NCBI GenBank assembly: GCA_032121425.1
Contig: JAUMDU010000071.1
Coordinates: forward strand, 6,317 to 70,316
Source: Ilumatobacteraceae bacterium
GTDB lineage: Bacteria > Actinomycetota > Acidimicrobiia > Acidimicrobiales > Ilumatobacteraceae
Reading direction: 5' to 3'
Length of the DNA stretch: 64,000 bases
Shown here: in pieces, positions 37,975-48,316 of the stretch
Layout: the number at the start of each line of letters is the position of its first letter
Position numbering within the stretch: the first letter of the stretch is position 1
Position numbers and translations under genes: made by a program
Notes under the pieces: generated by a model
Told to the model about the DNA's origin: nothing
Seen by the model: the letters and a program-made list of their open reading frames with translations, nothing else
Databases searched by the model: none

Positions 37975-38991
37975 GTGTTGTCTGATCCAGGAATCTCTCG
38001 CCTGACAGGTGCACCAAAGTGGATGTGGGTGTTGTCCGTAGCCCTGGTTGTCTCACTGGCTGGCGCATTGGGAATTGTGCGCGCAACACAGGCACAACTC
38101 AACGATGTTGGCCGCATAGGCACACTGTCAACAGTTCTTTCGCCTCCCTCGGCAAATGTGGAAAACATCTTGCTTGTGGGTTCGGATTCTCGCGAAGGTG
38201 CAGATCCAGCTGATTCTGATTTTGCATCCACAGGACCAACTGACACCACGCCAGGGATGCGCTCCGACACGCTCATCGTGGTGCGCATAGATAAGGCAAG
38301 TGGCGACATTGCGTTGATGTCTATTCCTCGTGACTTGAGGGTCAAAATTGGTGATGGCGAAAAGTCGGCCAAAATCAACTCTGCATATGGCGAGGGCCCA
38401 GAAGTTTTGGTGCGCACCGTGCAGCGTGCACTCAACATTCCCATTCATCAGTACATGGAAATCGATTTTTCAGGGTTCAAAACAATTGTTGATGCAATTG
38501 GAGGAGTGAACGTTTGTGTGCCACATGCTTCACGCGACAAAGCGACGGGTTTCTATATTGGCCGCAAGGGTTGCAAACTTCTTGACGGAACTCGCTCTTT
38601 GGCTTACGCCCGTTCGCGTTATCTAGAACAGAAAATTGATGGCAAATGGGTGATGGATCGCACGGGCGACACGGGGCGTGGAGAGCGTCAACGTGAATTC
38701 ATCTCCGCGCTCGCAAAAGACGCAGTGCGCTATTTGGTACGCAATCCGTTACAGACCCATATTGTGCTCGACGCGGTGACCTCTGCAATGACAGTGAATG
38801 TGGGGCTCGACATATTGGAAACAGGTCAAAAATTGCGTGTGTTGGGTACTGGTAAGACCTTGTCATACGCCTTGCCCGTGTCGAGTGAAATGCTGAACGA
38901 CAGTTTCATTTTTCGACTTTCACGTGACGCAACACCAGTTCTTGCCTATTTTGCCGGATTAGGTCCTGCGCCAACTGTTGAAGAGAATTAG
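37975..38991 (+). CDS. LCP (LytR-CpsA-Psr) family protein
   Basis: N-terminal TM helix, then ILLVGSDSREG..RSDTLIVVRID..SIPRDL..KINSAY.. Confidence 0.85.
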   Translation: MLSDPGISRLTGAPKWMWVLSVALVVSLAGALGIVRATQAQLNDVGRIGTLSTVLSPPSANVENILLVGSDSREGADPADSDFASTGPTDTTPGMRSDTLIVVRIDKASGDIALMSIPRDLRVKIGDGEKSAKINSAYGEGPEVLVRTVQRALNIPIHQYMEIDFSGFKTIVDAIGGVNVCVPHASRDKATGFYIGRKGCKLLDGTRSLAYARSRYLEQKIDGKWVMDRTGDTGRGERQREFISALAKDAVRYLVRNPLQTHIVLDAVTSAMTVNVGLDILETGQKLRVLGTGKTLSYALPVSSEMLNDSFIFRLSRDATPVLAYFAGLGPAPTVEEN

Positions 38992-38997
38992 AACGAC

Positions 38998-41076
38998 TTA
39001 TTGCTGGCGGGCGTTTGACTTACGCCGGACTTTGTCGGCAAAGGTCTGAGCGTCTACTGCTTCTCCGATGCGATTTCCTTGCAATAGGTCACATCCCAAA
39101 ACTTTAAGTCGCTGCACGTGGTCATCTGTCGTCACCCATTCAGCACATACCGTCAAATTGAGAGAGTGTGCAAGTTGGATTAATGATCGCACCATTGGAT
39201 CATCTCCTCCATCGGTGCGTCCTACGTCGCGTACCAAGGTTCCATCAAGTTTCAAAATATCTGCGGGGAATGTGCGTAGTGATGCAAGTGATGAATAGCC
39301 GGAACCAAAGTCATCTACAGCAATTTTAATTCCCTGGCGAGTTAATGCATTTACTGTTCGCAAAACAGATGGATTGTTTTCGATCAAGTTTGATTCAGAT
39401 GTTTCCAAGACCAACTGCGAGGCATCGAGCTTGTGAGTACGAAGAATTGTCAAAGTGCGATCGACAAACGTGATGTCAGAGAGTTGTCGTCGAGAAGCAT
39501 TGATGTGCAATGCAGTGCTTGGGTCCACAAGACCATCGTCAATCCAATGGGAAATTGTGCGAGCACCTTCATCAAGAATCCAATCACCAATTGGTGCGAT
39601 AAGTCCGGACTCATCAGCTAGATCGAGAAATGCCCCAGGGGCCAAAAGTCCGCGTGTGGGGTGATTCCAGCGCAGCAACGCTTCGGCTGCGACAATTCGT
39701 CCAGTGTGTGCAGATTCAATGGGTTGATACACCACTGAAAATTGATCTCCAGCAAGAGCTTGTTCAAGTTCTGATGCAAGCGATTGTCTTTCTTGTGCAA
39801 CTCGTCGCATCTCTTCGCTGTACAACTCGCTGCGTCCACGACCGCGTTGCTTAGCTTTGTACATTGCAGTGTCGGCCGAGCGCAACAAGGTGACGGCGGC
39901 GTCTGCTGGTGACTGTGTGGCCAGTAGATCTGGGGTGGACATTGCCACGCCTACGCTTGCCCCAGCCTCAATTTCTACGCCTTGCAGTACCAGGGACCCA
40001 GTGATCGCTGTTCGTATACGTTCTGCGACATCAAGTGCCACGTGTTCGTCGAGAAGGCCTTCACATAACACCACAAATTCATCACCGCTAATGCGTGCCA
40101 CTAAGTCACTTGGTCGAGTGGCAGCTGCGAGTCGCTTTGCAATCGTCACGATCAATTGATCACCTACTGCATGACCAATGGTGTCATTGACGTGTTTGAG
40201 TTTGTCGAGATCAATAAACAGCACGCCGACTGATGCATGCGTAGTTTTACTGCGCTCCAGTGCTTCAGTTGTCTTGCGCACGAACAGCACACGATTAGGT
40301 AATCCAGTGAGGGCATCATGGGTGGCTTGACGAGCAAGTTCGGCTTGGGCATGGCGTTCTTCGGTGATGTCGCGACTGATAGTCGCCCAGTGCTGAATGC
40401 TGCCATCTGCATTGCGCACAACTTGGACAACGATGTGTAAGACGCGTGCAATTCCATCTGGGGAGCGAAACCCAATTTCGCCATCCCATCTACTGGGTGA
40501 ACCGGTGGGTGCAGCGGGATCAAGAAGAACTCGTGGTAACTGATCGCGCACTGCTTGCATGAAAGTGCGCGAGGCAACATCGTCAAATGTGGTGTGTGGA
40601 TCATGTACGCCGACCAATGTTTTGGCGGTGTCGTTGGCAAAGATCACTTCGCCAACACGATTAAACACAATGACTGCATCACCAGAGACATCGAGTAGTC
40701 CAATGAGTTGCTCAGAAAGTTGACGTTGGTCCGTGTGTGATGTGACGTTGAGTGCGGTCCCGACATGACCTGTCAAAATTCCATCAATGATGATGGGTTG
40801 TGTACTGATTGCAATCGATGCGCTTTCGCCAGTAGGCAGTCCAATGCGAAATTCCACGGCAAACGCATCAGATGGTGCACCACGCTGCGTCCATTGTTTT
40901 TCGCATTCGGTGCGTTCATGGGGCATTGCATTTGTCCAAGGTGCAGTCCCAGGAACAACAGGTGCTCCGTGTAACACCAATGTGCGAAAAGCATCGTTTG
41001 CAGATAGGAGACGACAATTGAGGTCTGTCTCAAATACGCCAATTGGCAAGGCAACAAGTGATGCGTCTATAGACAC
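38998..41076 (-). CDS. PAS-PAS-GGDEF(degenerate SGDEF)-EAL signalling protein
   Basis: HDALTGLPNR, then SGDEF at 40075-40089 in place of GGDEF. The EAL domain shows EALLRW, DDFGSGYSS and KLDG. Confidence 0.85.
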   Translation of the reverse strand: MSIDASLVALPIGVFETDLNCRLLSANDAFRTLVLHGAPVVPGTAPWTNAMPHERTECEKQWTQRGAPSDAFAVEFRIGLPTGESASIAISTQPIIIDGILTGHVGTALNVTSHTDQRQLSEQLIGLLDVSGDAVIVFNRVGEVIFANDTAKTLVGVHDPHTTFDDVASRTFMQAVRDQLPRVLLDPAAPTGSPSRWDGEIGFRSPDGIARVLHIVVQVVRNADGSIQHWATISRDITEERHAQAELARQATHDALTGLPNRVLFVRKTTEALERSKTTHASVGVLFIDLDKLKHVNDTIGHAVGDQLIVTIAKRLAAATRPSDLVARISGDEFVVLCEGLLDEHVALDVAERIRTAITGSLVLQGVEIEAGASVGVAMSTPDLLATQSPADAAVTLLRSADTAMYKAKQRGRGRSELYSEEMRRVAQERQSLASELEQALAGDQFSVVYQPIESAHTGRIVAAEALLRWNHPTRGLLAPGAFLDLADESGLIAPIGDWILDEGARTISHWIDDGLVDPSTALHINASRRQLSDITFVDRTLTILRTHKLDASQLVLETSESNLIENNPSVLRTVNALTRQGIKIAVDDFGSGYSSLASLRTFPADILKLDGTLVRDVGRTDGGDDPMVRSLIQLAHSLNLTVCAEWVTTDDHVQRLKVLGCDLLQGNRIGEAVDAQTFADKVRRKSNARQQ

Positions 41077-41146
41077 ATTCTCACAGATTAAACACCCAGT
41101 GCGGTGGACTGACCCCTCTCGGTGATGAATTATCTTGCGCGGTGAT

Positions 41147-41740
41147 TTAGCGCCTTTGGTAGGTGAAAATGCTGCTCACTGCATCGAGTGCCACTTCTTG
41201 CAAGGCATCGCGCATTTGACGAGCAGGTGTGTTGGGGGCACTTTCAAGGGGAAACTCTTGGGCATAGACGGTGATCTCAAATTGCTGCGTGACACCGGCA
41301 TCGGGACAAGGGGCCTGGTATCCCAGCGTTCCCGATGCGTTTACTGATGCGATAGCACCCTCGGGTGCGAGGCCTTCCACAAGGTTGCGGGTTCCAAGGG
41401 GGATGTCTGCCATTGCCCACAGCGCCGTGTCGGGATCATCTACTTCGGTAAGCACAAGTCCGTAGGCCCGTGTCATCTCAGGGCCTTCGCCCCACACCAT
41501 AGGTGGCGAGATTGCCTCGCCATCGCAGGTGTAGCGAATGTTGATCTCGCTAGAGACTTCCCATGGTGTCGTTAGTTTCCACCCCGATGAATTCGCATCA
41601 CCTGTGGGCGCAGTGGTGCCCACAACGGGTGGGCCACCGATGGGCTCTTGCATGTCTCGGCCGTCATCTGTGGAACAGCTGGTCACAACAATCGTGGCCA
41701 CACCGATAAGTGCAACGGATCGGCGAAAAATAGGCTTCAT
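41147..41740 (-). CDS. PEBP/YbhB family lipoprotein
   Basis: Signal peptide with a Cys (VVTSCS). YTCDGEAISPPMVW and DDPD motifs. Confidence 0.7.
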   Translation of the reverse strand: MKPIFRRSVALIGVATIVVTSCSTDDGRDMQEPIGGPPVVGTTAPTGDANSSGWKLTTPWEVSSEINIRYTCDGEAISPPMVWGEGPEMTRAYGLVLTEVDDPDTALWAMADIPLGTRNLVEGLAPEGAIASVNASGTLGYQAPCPDAGVTQQFEITVYAQEFPLESAPNTPARQMRDALQEVALDAVSSIFTYQRR

Positions 41741-41801
41741 TGGTCACACTCTATGCAGAACTGTTGGTGTTGAATCATCGGTTCTCACTAACCTGAGAGC
41801 G

Positions 41802-42737
41802 ATGTCTCTTTCGCCCACGTCAATTTCTGGTGAGCCGTTGTGTCTCATGACAGTTCATGCGCACCCTGATGATGAGGCATCGAAAGGCGCACCTACCGTT
41901 GCTCGTTATTTTACAGAAGGCGTCTCTACGGTTTTGGTGTGCTGCACTGGTGGAGAAGAAGGCGACCTACAAAATCCTGCGTTGCGTGAACTAGGACAGC
42001 CTTTTCATGAAGTAACCCCAGAACAAGAACGTTCACTTCTTGCAAAGATCCGCCCACGCGAACTTGAACAATCAACAAAGGCCATTGGTTTTACACATGT
42101 GCATATGTTGGGGTATCGAGATTCAGGTATGGCAGGGGCTGAATCAAATAATCATCCTGATTGTTTTCATATGGCAGACATTGATGAAGCCACTGGTCGA
42201 CTTGTGGCACTTATTCGCCAGCATCGCCCGCAAGTGATTCTGACGTACAACGATGATCAGCGTGGTTATCCGCATCCTGATCACTTGCGTGTACATGACA
42301 TCAGTGTCATGGCATTTGATCGCGCAGGTGATCCCATGTGGTATCCAGAGATGGGTGAGCCTTGGCAAGTGTCCAAGATGTATTACACCTTGTGGGCAAA
42401 ACAGCGCATTGAGGTAGTGCACAATGCGCTGTTAGAAAAGTTTGGTGAATCACCGTTTGATGAGAACTGGCTCAAGAGATCATCACAAGACCACCGCATT
42501 ACTACTCGCTTGGAAATTAGTAAGTACTTGTCGGCACGTACACAATCTTTATTGGCTCACGCCACACAAATCGATCCCACTTCAAAATGGTGGTTCGGTC
42601 TTGATGATGACGAACTTGCGCGCGTGTATCCGTGGGAAGATTGGATTCTGGCGCGATCAGCTCTTGATCCGTTGCCAGAAGGATGCATCGAAGACGATGT
42701 GTTTATGAATGTCCGTTCCATAACTAAGGGTTCGTAG
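41802..42737 (+). CDS. mca: mycothiol S-conjugate amidase (PIG-L/LmbE family; Mca, possibly MshB)
   Basis: LMTVHAHPDDE, LGYRDSGM and HPDH motifs. I chose ATG 41802; the listed longer ORF overlaps the divergent PEBP gene. Confidence 0.75.
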   Translation: MSLSPTSISGEPLCLMTVHAHPDDEASKGAPTVARYFTEGVSTVLVCCTGGEEGDLQNPALRELGQPFHEVTPEQERSLLAKIRPRELEQSTKAIGFTHVHMLGYRDSGMAGAESNNHPDCFHMADIDEATGRLVALIRQHRPQVILTYNDDQRGYPHPDHLRVHDISVMAFDRAGDPMWYPEMGEPWQVSKMYYTLWAKQRIEVVHNALLEKFGESPFDENWLKRSSQDHRITTRLEISKYLSARTQSLLAHATQIDPTSKWWFGLDDDELARVYPWEDWILARSALDPLPEGCIEDDVFMNVRSITKGS

Positions 42738-42964
42738 TGTCCATTCAATTTCGTGTTGTGTTTAAGAAAAACGATGAGGCCATTGAGGGACCCGATGATG
42801 CTGATGTAGTGGTGCGAATTGATGCCAAAAATGCATCCATGAATCCCACGACGGCGTTTATGGCTGGAAAATTAAAAGCCGAAGGTAATACGCGTCGCCT
42901 ATTCGAGGCATTGTGGTCGGGAGAAGCTGAAAAAGTAATCAGCCAGCTCGCATCGCGTCCCTAA
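42737..42964 (+). CDS. small SCP2 sterol-carrier-like domain protein
   Basis: 75 aa with AFMAGKLKAEGN, an SCP2-type motif. The GTG start overlaps the mca stop (TAGTG). Confidence 0.55.
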   Translation: MSIQFRVVFKKNDEAIEGPDDADVVVRIDAKNASMNPTTAFMAGKLKAEGNTRRLFEALWSGEAEKVISQLASRP

Positions 42965-43781
42965 GCTCGCGATAGCCAATAAGAACAGCACCGCTTTTTT
43001 CAATCTGGGCGATCAGCTCTTTGTCCTCGGTGACAAAGATGTAGTCATCGATCCAGCCTTGGGCATCTTTGCCCAAGGCACGTACCTCAGGAGTGTCGAT
43101 TGCGGGTTGAATGTGAATCTCAGTCACACCTGGCTGTAGGTGTTGTAATGCGTGCAGCACGCGCTCGCGACTCCCCGAACGCCAGTCATGGTCGAAATGA
43201 TCAGGGAAAACAACGCCTTCTTCGGTGGCAAGTTGTCGGAATGGAAAACCTGCAACATCTGCACTGATAGTTGAAGGCAATCGAATGGGGAGTGCGAATT
43301 CCACTGCAAGTTCTAGATACACATCAAAAAACTCGGGACGCAAAGTGATGGAAGTGAGGTGTGGTGCAAGATGCGTGACATCAATTCCCCATGCAAGGGC
43401 ACGTTCTATTTGTGCACGACATTCACGCAGTACCTCCACAGAGTCGGCATGTTCCCACAAGTCATCAACAGTGCGAGGAAAGCCACCTTCACCGGACAAC
43501 AAAGAGGGTGCATGTGTTAACGGACCCCATCGGTATGAAGGATTTTCTGCGTTCAGCGTGAGATGTACACCAATGTCTTCACCTGAGTAGTTGTCTGCTG
43601 CGTAGCGTGCCCAAGGAGCAGGCATCATGATGGACGCACAGGTTGCTACACCGTGACGCAGTGCGCCGTACACACCTTCGGTGGCACCGTGGCATGCACC
43701 CAGGTCATCGCAAGAAATGATCACTAGTCGCGCGTCGGCGTTGTAGCCGAGTCGAGTTGCGAGCACTGAAGTATCAGACAT
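42939..43781 (-). CDS. ChbG/YdjC-like carbohydrate deacetylase family protein
   Basis: LVIISCDDLGACHGATEG..ASIMMPAPW pattern. I chose ATG 43781. Confidence 0.6.
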   Translation of the reverse strand: MSDTSVLATRLGYNADARLVIISCDDLGACHGATEGVYGALRHGVATCASIMMPAPWARYAADNYSGEDIGVHLTLNAENPSYRWGPLTHAPSLLSGEGGFPRTVDDLWEHADSVEVLRECRAQIERALAWGIDVTHLAPHLTSITLRPEFFDVYLELAVEFALPIRLPSTISADVAGFPFRQLATEEGVVFPDHFDHDWRSGSRERVLHALQHLQPGVTEIHIQPAIDTPEVRALGKDAQGWIDDYIFVTEDKELIAQIEKSGAVLIGYRELRDAMRAG

Positions 43782-43792
43782 ACACCCAAACC

Positions 43793-44305
43793 CTACCTGC
43801 GACACAACGCCCACATCCCCACACCATTGCGTTGTGCGGTGAGCGCAAGAGCAGCAAATTCGATGGAGAACATGTTGTTGGGCTCAAAAGGGTAGGCAGC
43901 AGCGTGGCCATGTTCTAGTAATGCCTTATTGAGAAATAGCCCGTCATGTTGGCGAAATACATAAGCCAGGAGTCGACCAAAGCGATCGCGGGCTTCAATG
44001 TCTCGAACAATTTCAACTTTTGTGCCTCGTGGAAACTGTGTTGCAGTAAATGCTGATGCCTCTGGTCCGCCACACTCAACAGGCTTGTTCGGGTGCTTGG
44101 TCTCAGGTGTGTCCACGCCGATGAGACGTATGTCTTGGTGGCGGCCTCTGAGGCGAATTGTCAAAGTGTCGCCATCGATGGGTTCTATCACTGTGGCTAT
44201 AACGCGTTCACCCGCACCAGATGTGGTGCGGGTGAACGTACATGAAGTAGGCGTGAGGAAAAGCCCCACGAGAGTTAGTGCGTGTGCACGCTTAAGAACG
44301 CGCAC
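43793..44305 (-). CDS. thermonuclease (SNase) family lipoprotein
   Basis: The GTG at 44305 gives VRVLKRAHALTLVGLFLTPTSC, which reads as a signal peptide plus Cys. SNase motifs IDGDTL and RLIGVDTPE are present. The listed 273-aa ORF overlaps the thiolase and is an artefactual extension. Confidence 0.7.
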   Translation of the reverse strand: MRVLKRAHALTLVGLFLTPTSCTFTRTTSGAGERVIATVIEPIDGDTLTIRLRGRHQDIRLIGVDTPETKHPNKPVECGGPEASAFTATQFPRGTKVEIVRDIEARDRFGRLLAYVFRQHDGLFLNKALLEHGHAAAYPFEPNNMFSIEFAALALTAQRNGVGMWALCRR

Positions 44306-44312
44306 AAGTGAT

Positions 44313-45500
44313 TTAGATGCGCTCGATGAGTGTTCCGGTTCCGAGGCCGCCACCACAGCACATGGAGATGAGTCCGTAGCGTCCACCTGTGCGCTCAAGT
44401 TCGTTGAGTGCTTTGGTGACCAAGAACGCGCCTGTTGCACCAAGTGGGTGACCCAATGCAATTGCACCGCCGTTGGGGTTTGTGCGATCGAGGTCTGCGC
44501 CGACTTCTTTTGCCCATGCAAGAACAACTGATGCAAAAGCTTCGTTGATTTCAAAGACATCGATGTCGCCAATCTTGAGATTGTTGCGCTCCAGCAGTCG
44601 CTGGGTTGCATCAATTGGACCGGTCAACATGAGTACAGGATCGACGCCAACGAGGCAGGTGTCTACAACGCGGGCACGGGCCTTGAGTCCAAGAGCCTTT
44701 GCTTTTTCTTCCGTCATCATCAACAACGCAGCTGCGCCGTCAGAGATTTGTGATGAGTTGCCTGCAGTGTGAACACCATCGGGGCGTGCGACTGGCTTGA
44801 GGGTCGACAACTTCTCAAGTGTTGTCTCGCGCAAGCCTTCATCTTTAGACACGCGACGTGTGCCAATTACTTCGCCGGCTTCGTTGACCTCTGGGGCGTC
44901 TACCTCGATGTACTGACCAGCAAAGCGGTCTTCGTTCCATGCGCGAATAGCGCGCTCCTGAGAGGCAAGTCCCCATGCATCGGTATCTGCACGTGTGATG
45001 TTCCACTTGTCGGCAATGCGCTCTGCACCTTCAAACTGTGATGTCATTTCGTAGTTATCGAAATATGTTTTTGGAATGGGTACACCCAATCCGAGTTCTT
45101 TGCGGCTGTTGCTTCCAATGGGTACTCGGCTCATTGCTTCTACGCCACATGCAATGGCAACATCAACGACGCCCGAGCCCAGCAAAGAAGTGGCTAAGCC
45201 TGTTGCTTGCTGAGAAGATCCACACTGTGTATCCACTGTGGTGGCAGCCGTGGTGAGTGGAAGACCTGCGGCCAACCATGCGGTACGGGTGATATTGAAA
45301 GACTGTTCGCCCACTTGGCTGACATTGCCGCCAACAACTTGTTCCACGATGGCGGGGTCAATGCCGGAACGTTCAATGATTGCTTTTTGAACGAGACCTA
45401 AAGTCTCGCCTGGGTGAAGGGTGGATAGACCGCCATTGCGACGCCCAACGGGGGTGCGTACTGCATCAACGATTACAACTGGATTTTGATTACGTGCCAT
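44313..45500 (-). CDS. acetyl-CoA C-acetyltransferase (thiolase)
   Basis: VDTQCGSSQQA contains the active-site Cys. NEAFA, GGAIALGHPLGATG and CGGGGLG motifs are present. Confidence 0.95.
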   Translation of the reverse strand: MARNQNPVVIVDAVRTPVGRRNGGLSTLHPGETLGLVQKAIIERSGIDPAIVEQVVGGNVSQVGEQSFNITRTAWLAAGLPLTTAATTVDTQCGSSQQATGLATSLLGSGVVDVAIACGVEAMSRVPIGSNSRKELGLGVPIPKTYFDNYEMTSQFEGAERIADKWNITRADTDAWGLASQERAIRAWNEDRFAGQYIEVDAPEVNEAGEVIGTRRVSKDEGLRETTLEKLSTLKPVARPDGVHTAGNSSQISDGAAALLMMTEEKAKALGLKARARVVDTCLVGVDPVLMLTGPIDATQRLLERNNLKIGDIDVFEINEAFASVVLAWAKEVGADLDRTNPNGGAIALGHPLGATGAFLVTKALNELERTGGRYGLISMCCGGGLGTGTLIERI

Positions 45501-45544
45501 TGGATAATCCTAGGCAGGGAGACAGCCACTACCGTCAGTGGGCG

Positions 45545-46342
45545 ATGAATACCAGTAATCCATTTTTCCGCCCCTCGTTGCGCCCTGCAGAAGATGTAAC
45601 GCACCACAGATACATCCATGTGGTGGGGAGCAAAGTCTTTATTGATGACCGCGCGGCCGATGAAGAATGGAATTGTTTGTTTCTTGGGATGCACGGCGAC
45701 ACTGCGTGTTGGGGAATAGATGTACCGGCCGGCCAGGACCCTGCATACGGTGCTGATTACGATTTGCGTTCACTCTTTGGCATGGTGTCAGAAGCTGAAT
45801 GGGCAATGGCGGGCCGCGCTGTGCAGTTAGTGGAATGGTCACGAACGCATCGATTCTGTGGGCGATGCGGAACCCAGACGCGCATGGCTGACAATGACAG
45901 AGCTTTCGTGTGTCCGTCGTGTGCGTTGATGTCGTTTCCCCGACTGGCGCCTGCAATCATCACCTTGATTACTCGCGGTGAGGGAGATGACGAACAAGCC
46001 CTACTTGCTCGTGGTGCACAATTTCCGGTCCCCATGTTTTCTTGTCTTGCTGGTTTTGTGGAAGCAGGTGAAAATCTTGAACAAGCTGTGGTGCGTGAAG
46101 TGGAAGAAGAAGTTGGTCTTGCTGTTGACTCTGTGCAGTATGTGGCAAGCCAGCCATGGCCATTTCCGCATTCCATCATGTTGGGATTCCGTGCGCGCTG
46201 GGTGAGCGGCGACATCTCATGTGATCCTGTCGAAATTGCTGAAGCCCATTGGTACAGCCGTGATGATCTACCAATGATTCCGCCTGGAATCTCCATTGCG
46301 CGTCGCCTTATTGATGACTGGGTGTTCCGTCGGTACAACTAA
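45545..46342 (+). CDS. nudC: NAD+ diphosphatase (Nudix, NudC-type)
   Basis: Zn ribbon CGRCG..CPSC and Nudix box GFVEAGENLEQAVVREVEEEVGL. I chose ATG 45545. Confidence 0.8.
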   Translation: MNTSNPFFRPSLRPAEDVTHHRYIHVVGSKVFIDDRAADEEWNCLFLGMHGDTACWGIDVPAGQDPAYGADYDLRSLFGMVSEAEWAMAGRAVQLVEWSRTHRFCGRCGTQTRMADNDRAFVCPSCALMSFPRLAPAIITLITRGEGDDEQALLARGAQFPVPMFSCLAGFVEAGENLEQAVVREVEEEVGLAVDSVQYVASQPWPFPHSIMLGFRARWVSGDISCDPVEIAEAHWYSRDDLPMIPPGISIARRLIDDWVFRRYN

Positions 46343-46371
46343 TTGAGGTCACAGCACCTAGATTTCTTTTC

Positions 46372-47262
46372 ATGAGTTCAGTACCTATGGGAAGAGTTGG
46401 TCTGTGGTCTGCAGACTTTGACCTACAGCCAATGACCAAGGCCCAAGAGGCCATTGCCGAAGTGGAAGAGATGGGATACTCCGCGGTATGGGTTCCCGAA
46501 GCTGTACTGCGAGAACCGTTTGCATCGACTGCATTACTGCTTTCTGCGACAAAGAAACTTGTCTTAGCTACAGGTATTGCAAGTCTTCATGCACGCACTG
46601 CACAAACGATGAATGCTGGCTGGAAAACCGTGACTGAAGCTTTTCCTGATCGTTTTGTATTGGGAATTGGTGTGAGCCATGCACCGATGGTGAACGGTGT
46701 GCATAAGGGTGCCTATGACAAGCCATATTCCACAATGGTGGAATACCTCAATGCGATGGATTCAGGTTTGTATTTTTCGCCTGCACCTGCCACAACTCCA
46801 CGCCGTGTCCTTGCTGCGCTTGGACCAAAGATGTTGGCTCTTGCAGCAGAACGTGCCGATGGCGCTCATCCATATTTCACTCCTGCAGAACACACCGCAT
46901 TTGCTCGAACCACAATGGGTAGCGAAGCCTTCTTGGCTCCGGAGGTCGCAGTTGTTCTTGAAACTGATGCAACTAAGGCACGTGAAATCGCGCGCGGTTT
47001 CATGAAGACCTATACCGGTTTGCCCAACTATGCGAACAATCTCAAACGGTTCGGTTTCGAACACGACGAAATCGTTGGTCAAAATGATCGCTTAGTAGAC
47101 GCAATTGTGGGATGGGGTAGCACCGACACTGTGGTGTCACGTATCAAAGAACATTTCGATGCTGGCGCAGACCACGTATGCATTCAAGTTCTTACCGATG
47201 CAACAGGCACGTTGCCGATGCATCAATGGCGTGAATTAGCTGAAGCTACACGAGGCCTTTAA
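46372..47262 (+). CDS. LLM-class (probably F420-dependent) oxidoreductase
   Basis: MGRVGLWS..EEMGYSAVWVPE N-terminus and luciferase-like length (296 aa). Confidence 0.65.
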   Translation: MSSVPMGRVGLWSADFDLQPMTKAQEAIAEVEEMGYSAVWVPEAVLREPFASTALLLSATKKLVLATGIASLHARTAQTMNAGWKTVTEAFPDRFVLGIGVSHAPMVNGVHKGAYDKPYSTMVEYLNAMDSGLYFSPAPATTPRRVLAALGPKMLALAAERADGAHPYFTPAEHTAFARTTMGSEAFLAPEVAVVLETDATKAREIARGFMKTYTGLPNYANNLKRFGFEHDEIVGQNDRLVDAIVGWGSTDTVVSRIKEHFDAGADHVCIQVLTDATGTLPMHQWRELAEATRGL

Positions 47263-47266
47263 GCAA

Positions 47267-48292
47267 TTACTCAGCGATTCCTACGGGTGAACCGTCAATA
47301 ATTTGATCAAGGTATTCAGACATTCCATAACCCGTTGCACCTGCATGTTCGCCCGAGGTAATGGTCCATTTGGTCATGCCCTCGCTAATGCGTGTCATTA
47401 ACCAATTGCCCTCAGGGTCTTGACGGCGGTTGCGCAAAGGAATCAATGTTTGCACTTCACCTTCGAAGTTCCAGGACCGTTGTGACTTGCTCGATGAAAT
47501 GACACCAGTAACTTTCTGGTGGTACTGATCATCACCAGTTGTCACTGTGGTGATTTGCACATCATCACATAAGTGAATCTGTCCGTGATCCCACACGAAT
47601 CCACCGCGTGTTCCCGGCGCATCTTTTTTCGCCACACGACTAGCCATGAATCCAAGGTTCTCGCCAAAGTTTGCAGTGAGCCATCGGTAGTACCACGGTG
47701 CTTGCCAATAACGTGGACCCCACGAATGATCACGCAACCCAAAACCTTCAATCTGCCACTCGCGATCACCGACGCGAATGGAACCGTGAGCGGCGATGAG
47801 TTGTTCGTAATGGCCTTTGGCGAATTCCTCGCCAGGTGTTTCATGTGGCGTATCTGGCTCACCACCAAACATTGAAGGGCGACCTTTTCCTGTGAACACC
47901 AAGTTCACACTGCATTGCGCAAATGGATTGTTCTTGAAGGCACTCTTTGGGTCGGCCATCTCTTTGGGATCATCAAGGACGACCACTTTTCCTTCGTAGG
48001 CAATTCGCAATTCTTCAAATGGGGTGACCATTGTCCATGTGAGTCCACCCGCATCGAATGCATCATTGGATGAAATTTCTGGCCTCTTGTACATGAAACC
48101 CACTTGGCCACCGGGCAGGTACAAGCACACTGTCATTTCCGCGTAACCCTCATTGGCGCGATTGCCAATACGAAACCAACCTCCTACGCCGCTGGTTGGA
48201 TCAAAACAGTTGATGTACATCGACTCATTGAAGTTGGGCTCGGGTCCGAGTTCGTGCATGTATTCATCGGCTGGGTCTAAACGAACGCCCAT
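47267..48292 (-). CDS. hypothetical protein (possible AttH/CrtC-like beta-barrel fold)
   Basis: 341 aa with good coding composition. The LRDHSWGPRYW motif is reminiscent of AttH/CrtC-like proteins. The functional call is weak. Confidence 0.4.
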   Translation of the reverse strand: MGVRLDPADEYMHELGPEPNFNESMYINCFDPTSGVGGWFRIGNRANEGYAEMTVCLYLPGGQVGFMYKRPEISSNDAFDAGGLTWTMVTPFEELRIAYEGKVVVLDDPKEMADPKSAFKNNPFAQCSVNLVFTGKGRPSMFGGEPDTPHETPGEEFAKGHYEQLIAAHGSIRVGDREWQIEGFGLRDHSWGPRYWQAPWYYRWLTANFGENLGFMASRVAKKDAPGTRGGFVWDHGQIHLCDDVQITTVTTGDDQYHQKVTGVISSSKSQRSWNFEGEVQTLIPLRNRRQDPEGNWLMTRISEGMTKWTITSGEHAGATGYGMSEYLDQIIDGSPVGIAE

Positions 48293-48316
48293 CTGATTTC
48301 CCCCTTGGTGTGTGTT

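Noticed and set aside
43793-44614. Listed 273-aa ORF, and other long N-terminal extensions (19202-19786, 29254-, 37109-, 41538-, 45380-, 51571-52266, 53637-)
   Set aside because: The extensions overlap neighbouring well-supported genes and have non-protein-like composition. Internal starts give proper signal peptides or family N-termini, and I used those instead.
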